Counted from the stretch's first letter, positions 17,127 to 27,047 are shown. The stretch is 40,000 nucleotides of DNA from Methanolobus vulcani (GCF_900100715.1 NZ_FNCA01000006.1:152058-192057), one strand, 5' to 3'. The notes: generated by a model not told the origin, from the sequence alone. Made by a program: numbers and translations.

Positions 17127-18197
17127 ATGATGGATTTTATTGATGAAGTAAAAGCCTTGGCTGCAAGGATACCAAACCTTAAAGACAGCATCATGACAGA
17201 GGAAGCAACAAAAAATGCATTGGTTATGCCGATGATTAACATACTTGGGTACAATGTCTTTGATCCAACCGAAGTTGTTCCAGAGTTCACAGCAGATCAC
17301 GGCACAAAGAAGGGCGAAAAAGTAGATTATGCCATTATTAAAGCCGGAGAACCTATTATGTTAATAGAATGCAAAACACTTGGTTCTGATTTGAATACCA
17401 ATCATGCATCGCAGTTGTTCAGATACTTCAATGTTACAAGTGCCAAGGTAGGAATTCTCACAAACGGTACGACATATCGCTTTTTTTCAGATTTAGAAGA
17501 TGCAAATAAGATGGATGACAAACCATTCTTAGAGATAGACCTCCTTAATCTGAAAGATGAACAAGTAGAAGAATTAAAACGATTTAAAAAGGAACGTTTT
17601 GATGTGTGTGAACTTGAATCTGTGGCAAATGAATTGAAGTACACTAAAGAAATCAAGCAGATTCTTTTGTCTGAGATGAACAAACCATCTGAGGATTTTG
17701 TTAAGTTTTTTGCTAATTTGGTGTATAATGGCAGGATAACTCCTAACAAGCGAGACCAATTTACTGCAATTACAAAAAAGGCTTTCAATCAGTTTATTAA
17801 TGATAGAATAAATGAAAGACTCAAAATAGCAATGTCAAATAAGAATCACAGTGATGAGGTTGATGTTGAAGAAGATATTGTTGAACCTGTTGATGATGGA
17901 ATTGTCACTACAGAAGAGGAAATTGAAGGCTATCACATTGTAAAAGCAATCCTTCGTGAAACAATTGCCCCAGACAGAATAGTTATGAGGGATACAAAAA
18001 GTTATTGTGGCATTCTCTTGGATGACAATAACAGAAAGCCAATATGCAGGCTTCGATTTAACAGTGCTCAAAAATATGTTGGCATACTTGACGACGATCG
18101 TAAAGAAATAAAAACTCCGATTAACAATTTAAATGATATTTATGAGTTGACAGCAAAAATTAAATTAGTTGTTGAAAAAATGGAATCTGATAGTTAA
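17127..18197 (+). CDS. PD-(D/E)xK nuclease-fold protein, type I restriction enzyme HsdR N-terminal-domain-like (HSDR_N_2-type), stand-alone
   Basis: Core GEKVDYAIIKAGEPIMLIECK (D-x13-E-C-K) followed by ASQLFRY (QxxxY). The C-terminal region YHIVKAILRE...SYCGILLDDNNRKPICRLRFN recurs, from memory, in stand-alone HsdR_N-domain proteins. The track start at 17121 is a GTG, with ATGs at 17127 and 17130. Confidence 0.6.
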   Translation: MMDFIDEVKALAARIPNLKDSIMTEEATKNALVMPMINILGYNVFDPTEVVPEFTADHGTKKGEKVDYAIIKAGEPIMLIECKTLGSDLNTNHASQLFRYFNVTSAKVGILTNGTTYRFFSDLEDANKMDDKPFLEIDLLNLKDEQVEELKRFKKERFDVCELESVANELKYTKEIKQILLSEMNKPSEDFVKFFANLVYNGRITPNKRDQFTAITKKAFNQFINDRINERLKIAMSNKNHSDEVDVEEDIVEPVDDGIVTTEEEIEGYHIVKAILRETIAPDRIVMRDTKSYCGILLDDNNRKPICRLRFNSAQKYVGILDDDRKEIKTPINNLNDIYELTAKIKLVVEKMESDS

Positions 18198-18378
18198 TAC
18201 AATAAGTAATATGGCATGGATAAATTATTTGCTATATCATGTTTTCCACAGGAAGTTAAAGGACATTTTGAATTGCTAGAAGACAGTTTTTAATTAAGAA
18301 TCATACTCATTTTTTTCATTTTTATTTAAAAGCAAATTTTGAATGGTTATATTTATACTTTCCATAATTTAAACTTAA

Positions 18379-18409
18379 AAGTTCCGTTTTTTGACGTTAC
18401 CTATTACCC
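18379..18409 (+). repeat. 31-nt repeat, copy 1: AAGTTCCGTTTTTTGACGTTACCTATTACCC
   Basis: Matches 27101-27131 at 30/31 positions in the same orientation. The leading TAAAAGTTCCGTTTTT (18376-18391) also recurs exactly at 27048-27063. Confidence 0.9.
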
Positions 18410-18450
18410 CCAGAAACGGTGAGATTGAATCAATTTGAATTATTAATCTT

Positions 18451-18477
18451 AAGAAAAAATAGAAGGTTTTTACCTTC
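18451..18477 (-). terminator. Hairpin plus T-run at the ppsA 3' end
   Basis: On the minus strand: GAAGGT-AAAA-ACCTTC followed by TATTTTTTCTT. The hairpin includes the stop codon. Confidence 0.5.
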
Positions 18478-20878
18478 CAATCTTCTTTTCAACCTCAAGC
18501 ACCTTCAGCGCGATCTTCATCACAGAATCCGGGTTCAGCGAGATAGAATCAATCCCTTCCCTCACCAGAAACTCTGCGAACTCCGGGAAATCGCTGGGAG
18601 CCTGGCCGCAGAGGCCACTGTGCTTATTGTTTCGTTTTGCGCCCTGAACAGCCATTGACACTATCTTCTTTACAGCCTCGTCGCGTTCATCGAAAGTGGA
18701 CGCAAGGATCTCGGAATCACGGTCAACGCCAAGGGTCAGTTGTGTGAGGTCATTGGAACCAATGGAAAAACCATCGAAGTACTGGCTGAACTCGTCTATG
18801 AGCAGGACATTGCTTGGGATCTCGGTCATCATGTATACCTGAAGACCGTTCTCTCCCCTGACAAGATCGTTCTTTTTCATCTCCTCCAGCACCTTTTCAG
18901 CTTCCTCAATGCGACGACAGAACGGGATCATAAGTATCAGGTTTGTAAGTCCCATCTCATCTCTCACTTTTTTCATGGCCTTACACTCAAGAGCAAAGCC
19001 CTCACGGTAGCGTTCATCGTAATAACGTGAAGCACCTCTGAATCCCAGCATTGGGTTGTTCTCTTCAAGCTCAAAGTACTCTCCACCGATCAGGGTTTCA
19101 TATTCATTGGACTTGAAATCGCTCATACGCACAACCACAGGCTTCGGGTGGAATGATGCTGTGATTGTTGCAACTCCCTGAGCAAGCTTCTCCACGAAGA
19201 AATCTGCTTTATTCTCATACCTGCCGGTCAGTTTGTCTATCTCCTCAAGTACTTCTTCATCCTCAATCTTCTCAGGATGGATAAGTGCCATAGGATGCAC
19301 CTTGATGTAGCTTGTGATGATGAATTCCAGCCTTGCCAGTCCGATACCGTCATTCGGTATCATGGACAGCGCAAAAGCTTCCTCGGGGTTTCCAAGGTTC
19401 ATCATGATCTCGGTCTTTGTTTTCTCAATTCCTTCCAGTTCAACGGTTTCGATATGGAAAGGCAGTATTCCTTCATACACTCTGCCTGCATCCCCTTCTG
19501 CACAACTCACCGTAACATCCATGTCATTTTTCAGTATTTCTGTGGCATCCTCAGCACCAACGACCGCAGGAATTCCAAGTTCACGGCTCACAATAGCAGC
19601 ATGACATGTCCTACCGCCCTTGTTTGTAATAATGGCAGCCGCCTTCTTCATAACAGGTTCCCAGTCAGGAGTTGTGGTGTCCGCTACAAGTATCTCCCCG
19701 GCATTAAATTCATTTAATTGTGAAACATCAGGAATAACATGTACTTTTCCGGTTGCAATCTTTGCACCGACACTCCTTCCTGTAACAATGACATCTGAGC
19801 TATCATCAAGATAATAGGTCTCTAAAACATCCTTTCTCTTCAACGACTGTACCGTCTCTGGTCTCGCCTGGACTATGAACAGCTCACCAGTCTCACCATC
19901 CTTTGCCCACTCAATGTCCATCGGGACATGTTTTCCTCTCTTCTGTGAGTAATGGTCTTCAATAGTCATTGCAAACTTTGCCAGTTGCAGCACCTCTTCA
20001 TCATTAATACAGTACTGTTTCCTTTCAGCTTCAGGAACATCAACATTACGTGTAAGCACACGGGAATCTCCGCGACCGTAGATCATCTTGATCTCTTTGC
20101 TTCCCTTCTGCTTTTTGATGATAGGTTTGAAGTTATCCTTTAGTGTTGGTTTGAAAACATAAAACTCGTCAGGATTTACAAGTCCCTGAACCACATTTTC
20201 CCCAAGTCCGTAGGCTCCGGTGATAAACACAACATTCTCAAAACCGCTTTCAGTATCAATTGTGAATATAACACCACTTGAAGCAAGGTCTGAGCGAACC
20301 ATTTTCATAACACCAATGGAAAGACCCACTTTGAAGTGATCAAAACCGTTATTCTCTCTGTATGAAATGGCCCTGTCAGTGAAAAGTGATGCAAAACACC
20401 GGCTGCATGCATCTTTTAGTGAATGGTAGCCATGAATATTCAGGTATGTTTCCTGCTGCCCTGCAAATGATGCATTGGGCAGATCCTCGGCAGTTGCAGA
20501 ACTACGAACCGCCACATCAGTATCTTCCCCGTACTGCTCACAAAGCTTATCATAAGCTGTTTTTATCTCATCCCACAAGTCATCAGGGATTCCGGCATCA
20601 AGTATAAGATTCCTTGCTTTCTTTCCTCTTTTTGCAAGGTCTGTAACATCATCTATATCAAGACCTTCAAGTGTCTTCTTAAGTTCCTCAAGCACACCTG
20701 CAGATTTTAAAACATGCCAGTATGCGTCCGCAGTAATGGCAAAACCATTTGGGATTTTAATATCCTTATCTGTCAGTTCCCTGTACATCTCTCCAAGGGA
20801 TGCATTTTTGCCTCCCACTAAAGGTACGTCATCTATACTAATTTCCTTAAACCAGCTAACATATTTGTTGCCTGTCAT
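18470..20878 (-). CDS. ppsA: Phosphoenolpyruvate synthase (pyruvate, water dikinase)
   Basis: 802 aa. The N-terminus VSWFKEISIDDVPLVGGKNASLGEM is typical. It has the phosphohistidine motif GGRTCHAAIVSRELGIPAVVG and a C-terminal PEP-utilising TIM-barrel domain. Confidence 0.95.
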   Translation of the reverse strand: MTGNKYVSWFKEISIDDVPLVGGKNASLGEMYRELTDKDIKIPNGFAITADAYWHVLKSAGVLEELKKTLEGLDIDDVTDLAKRGKKARNLILDAGIPDDLWDEIKTAYDKLCEQYGEDTDVAVRSSATAEDLPNASFAGQQETYLNIHGYHSLKDACSRCFASLFTDRAISYRENNGFDHFKVGLSIGVMKMVRSDLASSGVIFTIDTESGFENVVFITGAYGLGENVVQGLVNPDEFYVFKPTLKDNFKPIIKKQKGSKEIKMIYGRGDSRVLTRNVDVPEAERKQYCINDEEVLQLAKFAMTIEDHYSQKRGKHVPMDIEWAKDGETGELFIVQARPETVQSLKRKDVLETYYLDDSSDVIVTGRSVGAKIATGKVHVIPDVSQLNEFNAGEILVADTTTPDWEPVMKKAAAIITNKGGRTCHAAIVSRELGIPAVVGAEDATEILKNDMDVTVSCAEGDAGRVYEGILPFHIETVELEGIEKTKTEIMMNLGNPEEAFALSMIPNDGIGLARLEFIITSYIKVHPMALIHPEKIEDEEVLEEIDKLTGRYENKADFFVEKLAQGVATITASFHPKPVVVRMSDFKSNEYETLIGGEYFELEENNPMLGFRGASRYYDERYREGFALECKAMKKVRDEMGLTNLILMIPFCRRIEEAEKVLEEMKKNDLVRGENGLQVYMMTEIPSNVLLIDEFSQYFDGFSIGSNDLTQLTLGVDRDSEILASTFDERDEAVKKIVSMAVQGAKRNNKHSGLCGQAPSDFPEFAEFLVREGIDSISLNPDSVMKIALKVLEVEKKIGR

Positions 20879-21054
20879 TATATTCCCACACTACACCTAA
20901 TTTTCTTTAAGTGTAAGTAGTATTGTCTTTGAAGGCTATTATTATTTATGGAAGATAAAGAGTAAAATCGGATGTTTGTACAACAATACTATAAACCAGA
21001 GTGTCAATTGAACGGCAGGTCACCATCAATTAAAAACAAGTTCAGGAGAAAAAC

Positions 21055-22080
21055 ATGGGCACACAAATAGGCACACTACTCACCAAAAACCCGATAACCT
21101 ACGAGGAACTTTCTGGAAAAATAATAGCAATCGACGCATACAACACTATCTATCAGTTCCTGAGTGCCATTCGTCAGCGTGACGGTTCAATGCTCACAGA
21201 TTCCTCAGGTAATCCTGTATCACATATCACAGGATTATTTTCAAGAACCAGCAGACTCAGAGAAGCGAATATCAAACCTGTTTTCATCTTTGACGGCAAA
21301 CCACCGGAGATGAAAAAAGATACCCTTGAAAAACGCAAGGTATGCAAGGAAAATGCAGCCATCAACTATGAGATTGCAAAGGATGAAGGCAACCTTGAGG
21401 ATATGAAAAAATATGCCCAGGCAACGTCCAGAATAACTCCTCAGATTCTTGATGATTCTAAAAGGTTGCTTGAACTCATGGGAATCCCTTGGATGCAGGC
21501 AGAATCTGAAGCAGAGGCACAGGCATCTTATATGGTTTCATGTGGAGATGTGGATTATGTAGGTTCACAGGATTATGATGTTTTCCTGTTCGGAGCCGAG
21601 AATGTCATTCGCAATCTTGGAAGCACGGGAAAGCGAAAGTTACCAGGACAGAAGAAGTACATTACAAAAACACCCGAACACATCTCACTTGCGTCTTGTC
21701 TTGAAGAATTGGAACTAAGCCGTGAACAGTTGATAGACCTTGCAATCTGCATCGGTACTGATTTTAACGAAGGAATGCACCGCGTGGGTGCAAAGACAGC
21801 TCTGAAACTTATCAAAAAACACGGTGATATCGAGACACTTATCAAAGGAGAGGACAGGGATATCCGTGCATGTGCTCCGCTTGAAGAAATAAGGGAATTC
21901 TTCATGAATCCTCCCGTTACAAAGGATTACAGTTTCAAGTGGAAAAAACCTGATTCAGATTCATTGTTCGATTATCTTGTAAGTGACAGGGATTTCTCTG
22001 AAAAGCAGGTGTTGAAGAATATTCAGGTGCTGGAGGAGAGGGCTGCTTCTGAGTGCCAGTCTTGTTTGGGTGACTGGTAA
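21055..22080 (+). CDS. fen: Flap endonuclease 1 (FEN-1)
   Basis: The N-terminus reads LSGKIIAIDAYNTIYQFLSAIRQRDGSMLTDSSGNPVSHITGLFSRT. The XPG-N/XPG-I layout and the 341-aa length also fit. Confidence 0.92.
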   Translation: MGTQIGTLLTKNPITYEELSGKIIAIDAYNTIYQFLSAIRQRDGSMLTDSSGNPVSHITGLFSRTSRLREANIKPVFIFDGKPPEMKKDTLEKRKVCKENAAINYEIAKDEGNLEDMKKYAQATSRITPQILDDSKRLLELMGIPWMQAESEAEAQASYMVSCGDVDYVGSQDYDVFLFGAENVIRNLGSTGKRKLPGQKKYITKTPEHISLASCLEELELSREQLIDLAICIGTDFNEGMHRVGAKTALKLIKKHGDIETLIKGEDRDIRACAPLEEIREFFMNPPVTKDYSFKWKKPDSDSLFDYLVSDRDFSEKQVLKNIQVLEERAASECQSCLGDW

Positions 22081-22159
22081 AATTGAGATACTCTAACAAC
22101 ATGAATCACGTAGCTTGAAATATCATGCCAAACATAAATTTAAAGTGTGGGGAATTACC

Positions 22160-22390
22160 ATGGCAATGAAAGAAAATAAGTTCGATGAGAATATTGACGG
22201 TGCTTATTATGTTGATGCTGATTGTATAGGTTGCAACCTTTGCGTGAGCAATTCACCTCAAAACTTCAAGATGAAGGATGATGATTCCACAGCTTACGTA
22301 TTCAAGCAACCGGAAAATGAAAAGGAGAAGCAAGCTTGTGAGAATGCTCTGGCTGAGTGTCCTGTAGATGCCATTGGAAACGATGGTTGA
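22160..22390 (+). CDS. Small 4Fe-4S ferredoxin
   Basis: CIGCNLC ... CP cluster motif (YYVDADCIGCNLCVSNSP...ALAECPVDAI). The ATG at 22160 (MAMKEN) is preferred over the upstream track start. Confidence 0.75.
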   Translation: MAMKENKFDENIDGAYYVDADCIGCNLCVSNSPQNFKMKDDDSTAYVFKQPENEKEKQACENALAECPVDAIGNDG

Positions 22391-22476
22391 GACTGGAAAA
22401 TCGGCTCTTTCACAGTTCTGTTAACTGACTTGAAGAACTACATTGGTCTAAAAACTCTGGTGTAGTTCACCTATTA

Positions 22477-22656
22477 TCATTTCAATATTTTTAGTGCATC
22501 TCTGCAGGCTGCAACGGCAGGAGCACCAGATGTAATGAATATGATATCCATGGTTTCCATGATTTCTTCCTTGGTTGCACTGCTCTTGAGCACACTCTGC
22601 ATTTGCATAACAGCACACCTTTCATATTGTTTAGGTGCAACTACAGCAAGAGCCAT
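22477..22656 (-). pseudogene. Short AhpD/carboxymuconolactone-decarboxylase-like ORF (59 aa), possibly a gene remnant
   Basis: My translation: [59 protein letters not shown]. It resembles the C-terminal half of CMD-domain proteins (..ATKEEI.E.......GGPA...A..AL), but the CxxC motif is degenerate. Confidence 0.3.
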
Positions 22657-22785
22657 TAGTATTTTTGTATGAGTAGACCAACAGAATTGATAAACCTAAG
22701 ACATTCAGATTCTCATTAATTCCAAAAATCTCTGCAAGCGAAGTATATAGATATACTGCAAAACATACATACTAAGGGTGACAAA

Positions 22786-24405
22786 ATGTTCTGCTATCAG
22801 TGTGAAGAAACAATGAACGGGGAAGGCTGTACAAAGAACGGCATGTGCGGTAAGAAAGGTGATGTTGCAGATCTTCAGGATAATCTAATCTATGTACTTA
22901 AGAGCATTGCATTCTACAATCAGAAAGCAAGAAAGGCAAACATTTCTGAGAACAGCACTGATAATTTTATGCTTGATGCATTGTTCTCAACCATAACTAA
23001 TACCGATTTCAGAGCCAGTGGAATTCAGGAGCGTATCGACAGAGGATTTCATATACAGAATGAGATCAGGCAAAAACTTCTGGAAAACAATGCACTTGAT
23101 GAGAACGATCTGCCCGAAATCGCAACTTTGACCCCTGAGAACCTCAGTGACAGGAATACAGGTATACTTGCAACCGAGGATGAAGATATACGGTCATTGA
23201 GGGAACTGTTGATCTTTGGCATCAAAGGAATTGCAGCATATGGGCATCATGCCATGATGCTTGGTAATTACAATAAGAAGATTAATTCATTTGTAGAAGA
23301 AGGACTTGTAGCAACTACGGATGACAGCCTGAATGATAAGGACCTCATCTCATTGGTCTTGAAATGCGGAGAAAAAGGTTTTGATGTAATGGCAGACCTG
23401 GACAGGGTAAATACAGTAGCCTTTGGAAACCCTGAACCCACACAGGTCAATATCGGAACAAGAGATAATCCGGGAATCCTTGTAAGCGGTCATGACCTGA
23501 AGGACCTGAAACAACTATTGGACCAGACCGAAGGAACAGGCGTGGATGTCTATACTCATGGTGAAATGTTGCCTGCAAACTCATATCCTGAATTTAAGAA
23601 ATATGAACATCTGGTAGGCAACTATGGCGGCTCATGGTGGCACCAGAAGCAGGAATTCGAGAGTTTTAACGGACCGATATTACTTACAAGCAACTGCATA
23701 GTTCCTCCAAGGGAGAGCTACATTGACAGGTTATACACAACAGGCTCTGTAGGCTATGATGGTGCCAAACATATAATAGCTAAAGACGGCCAGAAAGATT
23801 TCTCTGCACTTATCAAGCAGGCGAAGACCTGCGAAGCTCCGGTACAACTGGAAGAAGGTACCATCATGGGCGGTTTTGCTTACAACTCCGTGTTATCCAA
23901 TGCAGACAAAATTGTTGATGCTGTCAAAACCGGAAAGATAAAGAAATTCATTGTCATGGCAGGCTGTGACGGACGTCACAAGGACAGGCAGTACTACACG
24001 GATTTCGCTGAGGCATTGCCTGAAGATACAGTTATTCTTACTGCCGGATGTGCAAAATATCGCTACAACAAACTCAATCTTGGTGACATTGATGGAATTC
24101 CAAGGGTATTGGATGCAGGACAGTGTAATGATTCATTCTCACTTATCGTTATTGCACAGGGTCTTATGGCAAGACTTGGATTTACAGATGTTAACGAGGC
24201 ACCGATTTCATACAATATCGCGTGGTACGAACAAAAGGCGGTCCTTGTATTGCTTACCCTTCTGAGACTTGAAATACAGAATATTACACTTGGCCCGACA
24301 CTTCCAGCCTTCGTCTCACCAAATGTCCTTAAGGTACTTGTGGAAAAGTTCAATATCACACCGAACACGACCGTGGAAGAAGATATGGAAAGACTTTTAA
24401 AATGA
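22786..24405 (+). CDS. hcp: Hybrid cluster protein (hydroxylamine reductase)
   Basis: N-terminus [24 protein letters not shown], 539 aa, with a family-typical C-terminus. Confidence 0.92.
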   Translation: MFCYQCEETMNGEGCTKNGMCGKKGDVADLQDNLIYVLKSIAFYNQKARKANISENSTDNFMLDALFSTITNTDFRASGIQERIDRGFHIQNEIRQKLLENNALDENDLPEIATLTPENLSDRNTGILATEDEDIRSLRELLIFGIKGIAAYGHHAMMLGNYNKKINSFVEEGLVATTDDSLNDKDLISLVLKCGEKGFDVMADLDRVNTVAFGNPEPTQVNIGTRDNPGILVSGHDLKDLKQLLDQTEGTGVDVYTHGEMLPANSYPEFKKYEHLVGNYGGSWWHQKQEFESFNGPILLTSNCIVPPRESYIDRLYTTGSVGYDGAKHIIAKDGQKDFSALIKQAKTCEAPVQLEEGTIMGGFAYNSVLSNADKIVDAVKTGKIKKFIVMAGCDGRHKDRQYYTDFAEALPEDTVILTAGCAKYRYNKLNLGDIDGIPRVLDAGQCNDSFSLIVIAQGLMARLGFTDVNEAPISYNIAWYEQKAVLVLLTLLRLEIQNITLGPTLPAFVSPNVLKVLVEKFNITPNTTVEEDMERLLK

Positions 24406-24459
24406 AACTCCTCCATTCTCAATGAACACGGAATAGGCACACGTGTAAATGGGTCTGAA

Positions 24460-25605
24460 TTGCATATTCGGGAGGGTAGACATACCACAGATATAGAACC
24501 GAAAAGGTATGTATTTTCCCCCCAGAAAACAGACATAGACCACATCATTGTTTATGGCAGAAATGGAAATCTTATTCTTGATGCTGTTAGATGGTTGATT
24601 AAACATAATGTTCAGATCACTTTCCTTGATTGGAACGGTAAAATTCTAAGCACCTTACAACCTCCTGAAACTACCAATGTAAAGACTAAGTTTGCTCAGT
24701 ATCATGCTTTTGAGGATGATGAAAGCAGAATAACGATAGCAAGGAAGTTCATTGAAGCCAAGTTTGATAAATCCATTGTAGTTATGGACTATCTTAAACA
24801 ACGGTATCCTGAAATTGATTTTGATTTCTCAGAGGATATTGAAAAATTGAAATCTGCTAATTCTATCAAGGAAATTATGGGTATTGAAGGCGGAGTTGCT
24901 TGGAAATACTGGAACGAGTTCAACAAAGCTATTCCAGGTGAATATGATTTTTGTTCAAGGATAGACCAATACAGGAGAGCAACAGGAGCAGGAGATAAAG
25001 TTAATGTCATGCTTAACTATGGTTATGCTCTTCTTGAAGCTGAATGCCTGAGAGCCATTAATACAGCAGGTCTTGATGCTCATGTAGGTTTTTTACATGA
25101 GATGAATCCAAGCAAGAACAGTCTTGCTTATGATCTCCAAGAGCCTTTCAGATTCCTTGTTGATATGGCTGTAATCAACCTTATTGAGTCCAATAAGATG
25201 GATAATAACGACTTTATCAGGACTGAGAGCTATTCACTCAGGCTCAAACCTTCAGGAGCTAAGAAGGTTACTGAGGAGTTTAATAATTTGATGAACAAGA
25301 AAGTACCCTACAAAAAACAATCTGTTATGTGGAGCTATGCCTTATTATTGAAAACTAGGGAGCTTGCTCAGTATCTTGTTGGTAAAAGGAAGACTATTGA
25401 TTTCATTAAGCCTGCTTATAATGTTGAAAGGCAGGATTCAGATGATATTCGGCAGAAAATACTGAATATTTCTTACTCTGATTGGAAGAAGATGGGATTC
25501 TCAAAAGGTACACTCCATTACATGAAAAAGAATGCTGAAGCTGATAAGCCATTTACAATGAACGCTCATGTAAGGGAAAGGTTGGAGATGTGGGAAGAGT
25601 GTTAA
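24460..25605 (+). CDS. cas1: Stand-alone Cas1-family integrase (casposase-like, with C-terminal HTH-like extension)
   Basis: Canonical Cas1 core: MGIEGG (E143), NVMLNYGYALLEAE, GLDAHVGFLHE (H213), SLAYDLQEPFRFLVD (D225/E228). An extra ~55-aa C-terminal tail reads ISYSDWKKMGFSKGTLHYMKKN. The only in-frame start is the TTG at 24460. The frame stays open upstream to the hcp TGA. Confidence 0.85.
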   Translation: MHIREGRHTTDIEPKRYVFSPQKTDIDHIIVYGRNGNLILDAVRWLIKHNVQITFLDWNGKILSTLQPPETTNVKTKFAQYHAFEDDESRITIARKFIEAKFDKSIVVMDYLKQRYPEIDFDFSEDIEKLKSANSIKEIMGIEGGVAWKYWNEFNKAIPGEYDFCSRIDQYRRATGAGDKVNVMLNYGYALLEAECLRAINTAGLDAHVGFLHEMNPSKNSLAYDLQEPFRFLVDMAVINLIESNKMDNNDFIRTESYSLRLKPSGAKKVTEEFNNLMNKKVPYKKQSVMWSYALLLKTRELAQYLVGKRKTIDFIKPAYNVERQDSDDIRQKILNISYSDWKKMGFSKGTLHYMKKNAEADKPFTMNAHVRERLEMWEEC

Positions 25606-25634
25606 TTTTTATCTTGAGAGTCAAATTATGAAGG

Positions 25635-26867
25635 TTATTTTGGAATATCAAAAGCTAGTAACGTTAAATACAGTTTTCTATTTTTATCATTAGGATGATT
25701 AAATATGAACCTAAATCCAGTTTCAGTGTCATAAGCAATTTCTTTTTCAAAGTTGGGATGTTCCTTTACTATATTAGGTATCTGGGTAAGAACATTTGTG
25801 AAATTTTTGTTCCGGTTGAATATAAAAATAGCTGTTTTTGTATCCCTCCAACTTAAGTAATTAAGAATCTGGTCAATTGTATCCTTTAATATTGCAGCAC
25901 CTCCCCAAAATTTACATTCTGCAATGAATATATTTTTTCCCCCTTCTCTAATTAATATATCCGTTTTTCCCTCATAATTAAACGTCTCACCCGTTGCAGC
26001 ACCTTCATAATGTCCGTTTAATTGAACAAGAAAATGTTGCCTTATAGCTTCTTCACCTAAATTCTTAAATTCGCTTGGACTTCGTTCCATGACCATTGTC
26101 ATATTTTGAACCACATTTAGTATATATTCATAATTTTCCATGCTTAATACTGGTTCTGGCTTAAACGGTTGAGTAGAAGCTGAAGGTTTAGAGATAATTG
26201 TTTTTCTTTTTGAAGGAACGCTATAAGTCTTAGGTGTTCCAGGTATTTCTCTTAAAGGAAAACCAAGTTCATAAGCAAGATTACTATCCTTAAGCAGCTT
26301 TTCTCTTCTAGTATTTATTTGGGATTCTATTTCTCTATCTAACCTTTGATTGAAATTTTTAATATCTGTTTCCACCCAAGTTAACCATTTTTCGATATCA
26401 GACAATATTTTATCAAATTCTACCCTAATATTACCTATTTCTAAATCGACTCCTTCTAAAGTTACTAATAATTCTTGATTTCGAACTTCACCTTTTGGAG
26501 GATTATAATTTAAAATAGAAGGCTGATATTTAAATAAACTTGAATCTCCTGTAAAAGGAATATAAAATGTAAACTTTGTTCCAGTCAGATAATATGATTT
26601 ACTCCCATCTAAGAAAACTCTTTTTGAATCCTGACTTACATCTATCTCAACTTCTTCGTGTTGAATATGTATATTTTCTTTATCTATAACAGGCAACTCA
26701 AATGAGTAACTATCAACTAAATGTTCAGTATAGTCTTGCATGTTTACATTTAAAATGTAATTCTTATCTTCACTCTTAATTTTATTTATTGCATAACTAA
26801 GTCTGTCATTAAGAAAAGATCGTAATTCTCCATCGTTAAATAAATAATCATATATGAACTCGTACAT
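25635..26867 (-). CDS. Hypothetical protein with C-terminal PD-(D/E)xK nuclease-like core
   Basis: 410 aa. C-terminal core ETFNYEGKTDILIREGGKNIFIAECKFWGG (D303-x13-E317-C-K319), then IDQILNY (QxxxY). The N-terminal ~230 aa are unrecognised and include a helical or coiled stretch (aa ~150-200). Very AT-rich. Confidence 0.6.
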   Translation of the reverse strand: MYEFIYDYLFNDGELRSFLNDRLSYAINKIKSEDKNYILNVNMQDYTEHLVDSYSFELPVIDKENIHIQHEEVEIDVSQDSKRVFLDGSKSYYLTGTKFTFYIPFTGDSSLFKYQPSILNYNPPKGEVRNQELLVTLEGVDLEIGNIRVEFDKILSDIEKWLTWVETDIKNFNQRLDREIESQINTRREKLLKDSNLAYELGFPLREIPGTPKTYSVPSKRKTIISKPSASTQPFKPEPVLSMENYEYILNVVQNMTMVMERSPSEFKNLGEEAIRQHFLVQLNGHYEGAATGETFNYEGKTDILIREGGKNIFIAECKFWGGAAILKDTIDQILNYLSWRDTKTAIFIFNRNKNFTNVLTQIPNIVKEHPNFEKEIAYDTETGFRFIFNHPNDKNRKLYLTLLAFDIPK

Positions 26868-27047
26868 AAAATTGCCTCGTATTTAATAACTTTAGTAAAG
26901 ATAAATTAGTTCATTAATTTACTTTTAACTGTAAACATGGATTCATTCTTAATAAACTTATATTTAGAGATTTTAGTAAAATAGAAACATTCAAAATATC
27001 AATTCTATTTTTTATTGTTCATGATAAATGAACAGTATTGTTTTTAG

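Noticed and set aside
18740-20607. Multiple 63-146 aa plus-strand ORFs inside ppsA.
   Set aside because: They are antisense shadow ORFs within a long, confidently identified gene, and none has recognisable motifs.
24385-24420. A target-site duplication for the Cas1 island. I compared the hcp 3' end (GAAAGACTTTTAAAATGA) with the sequence just right of the island (AAAATTAATTTGCTATAGG at 27132-27150).
   Set aside because: Only a 5-nt AAAAT overlap is shared, which is not distinguishable from chance in AT-rich DNA. The exact element ends therefore remain undefined.
24403-24462. TGA read-through or selenocysteine recoding that would fuse HCP to Cas1, since both are in the same frame.
   Set aside because: Same-frame placement has a one-in-three chance. 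The HCP C-terminus looks complete. I see no SECIS-like hairpin in the following sequence, and selenocysteine decoding is not known in Methanosarcinales.
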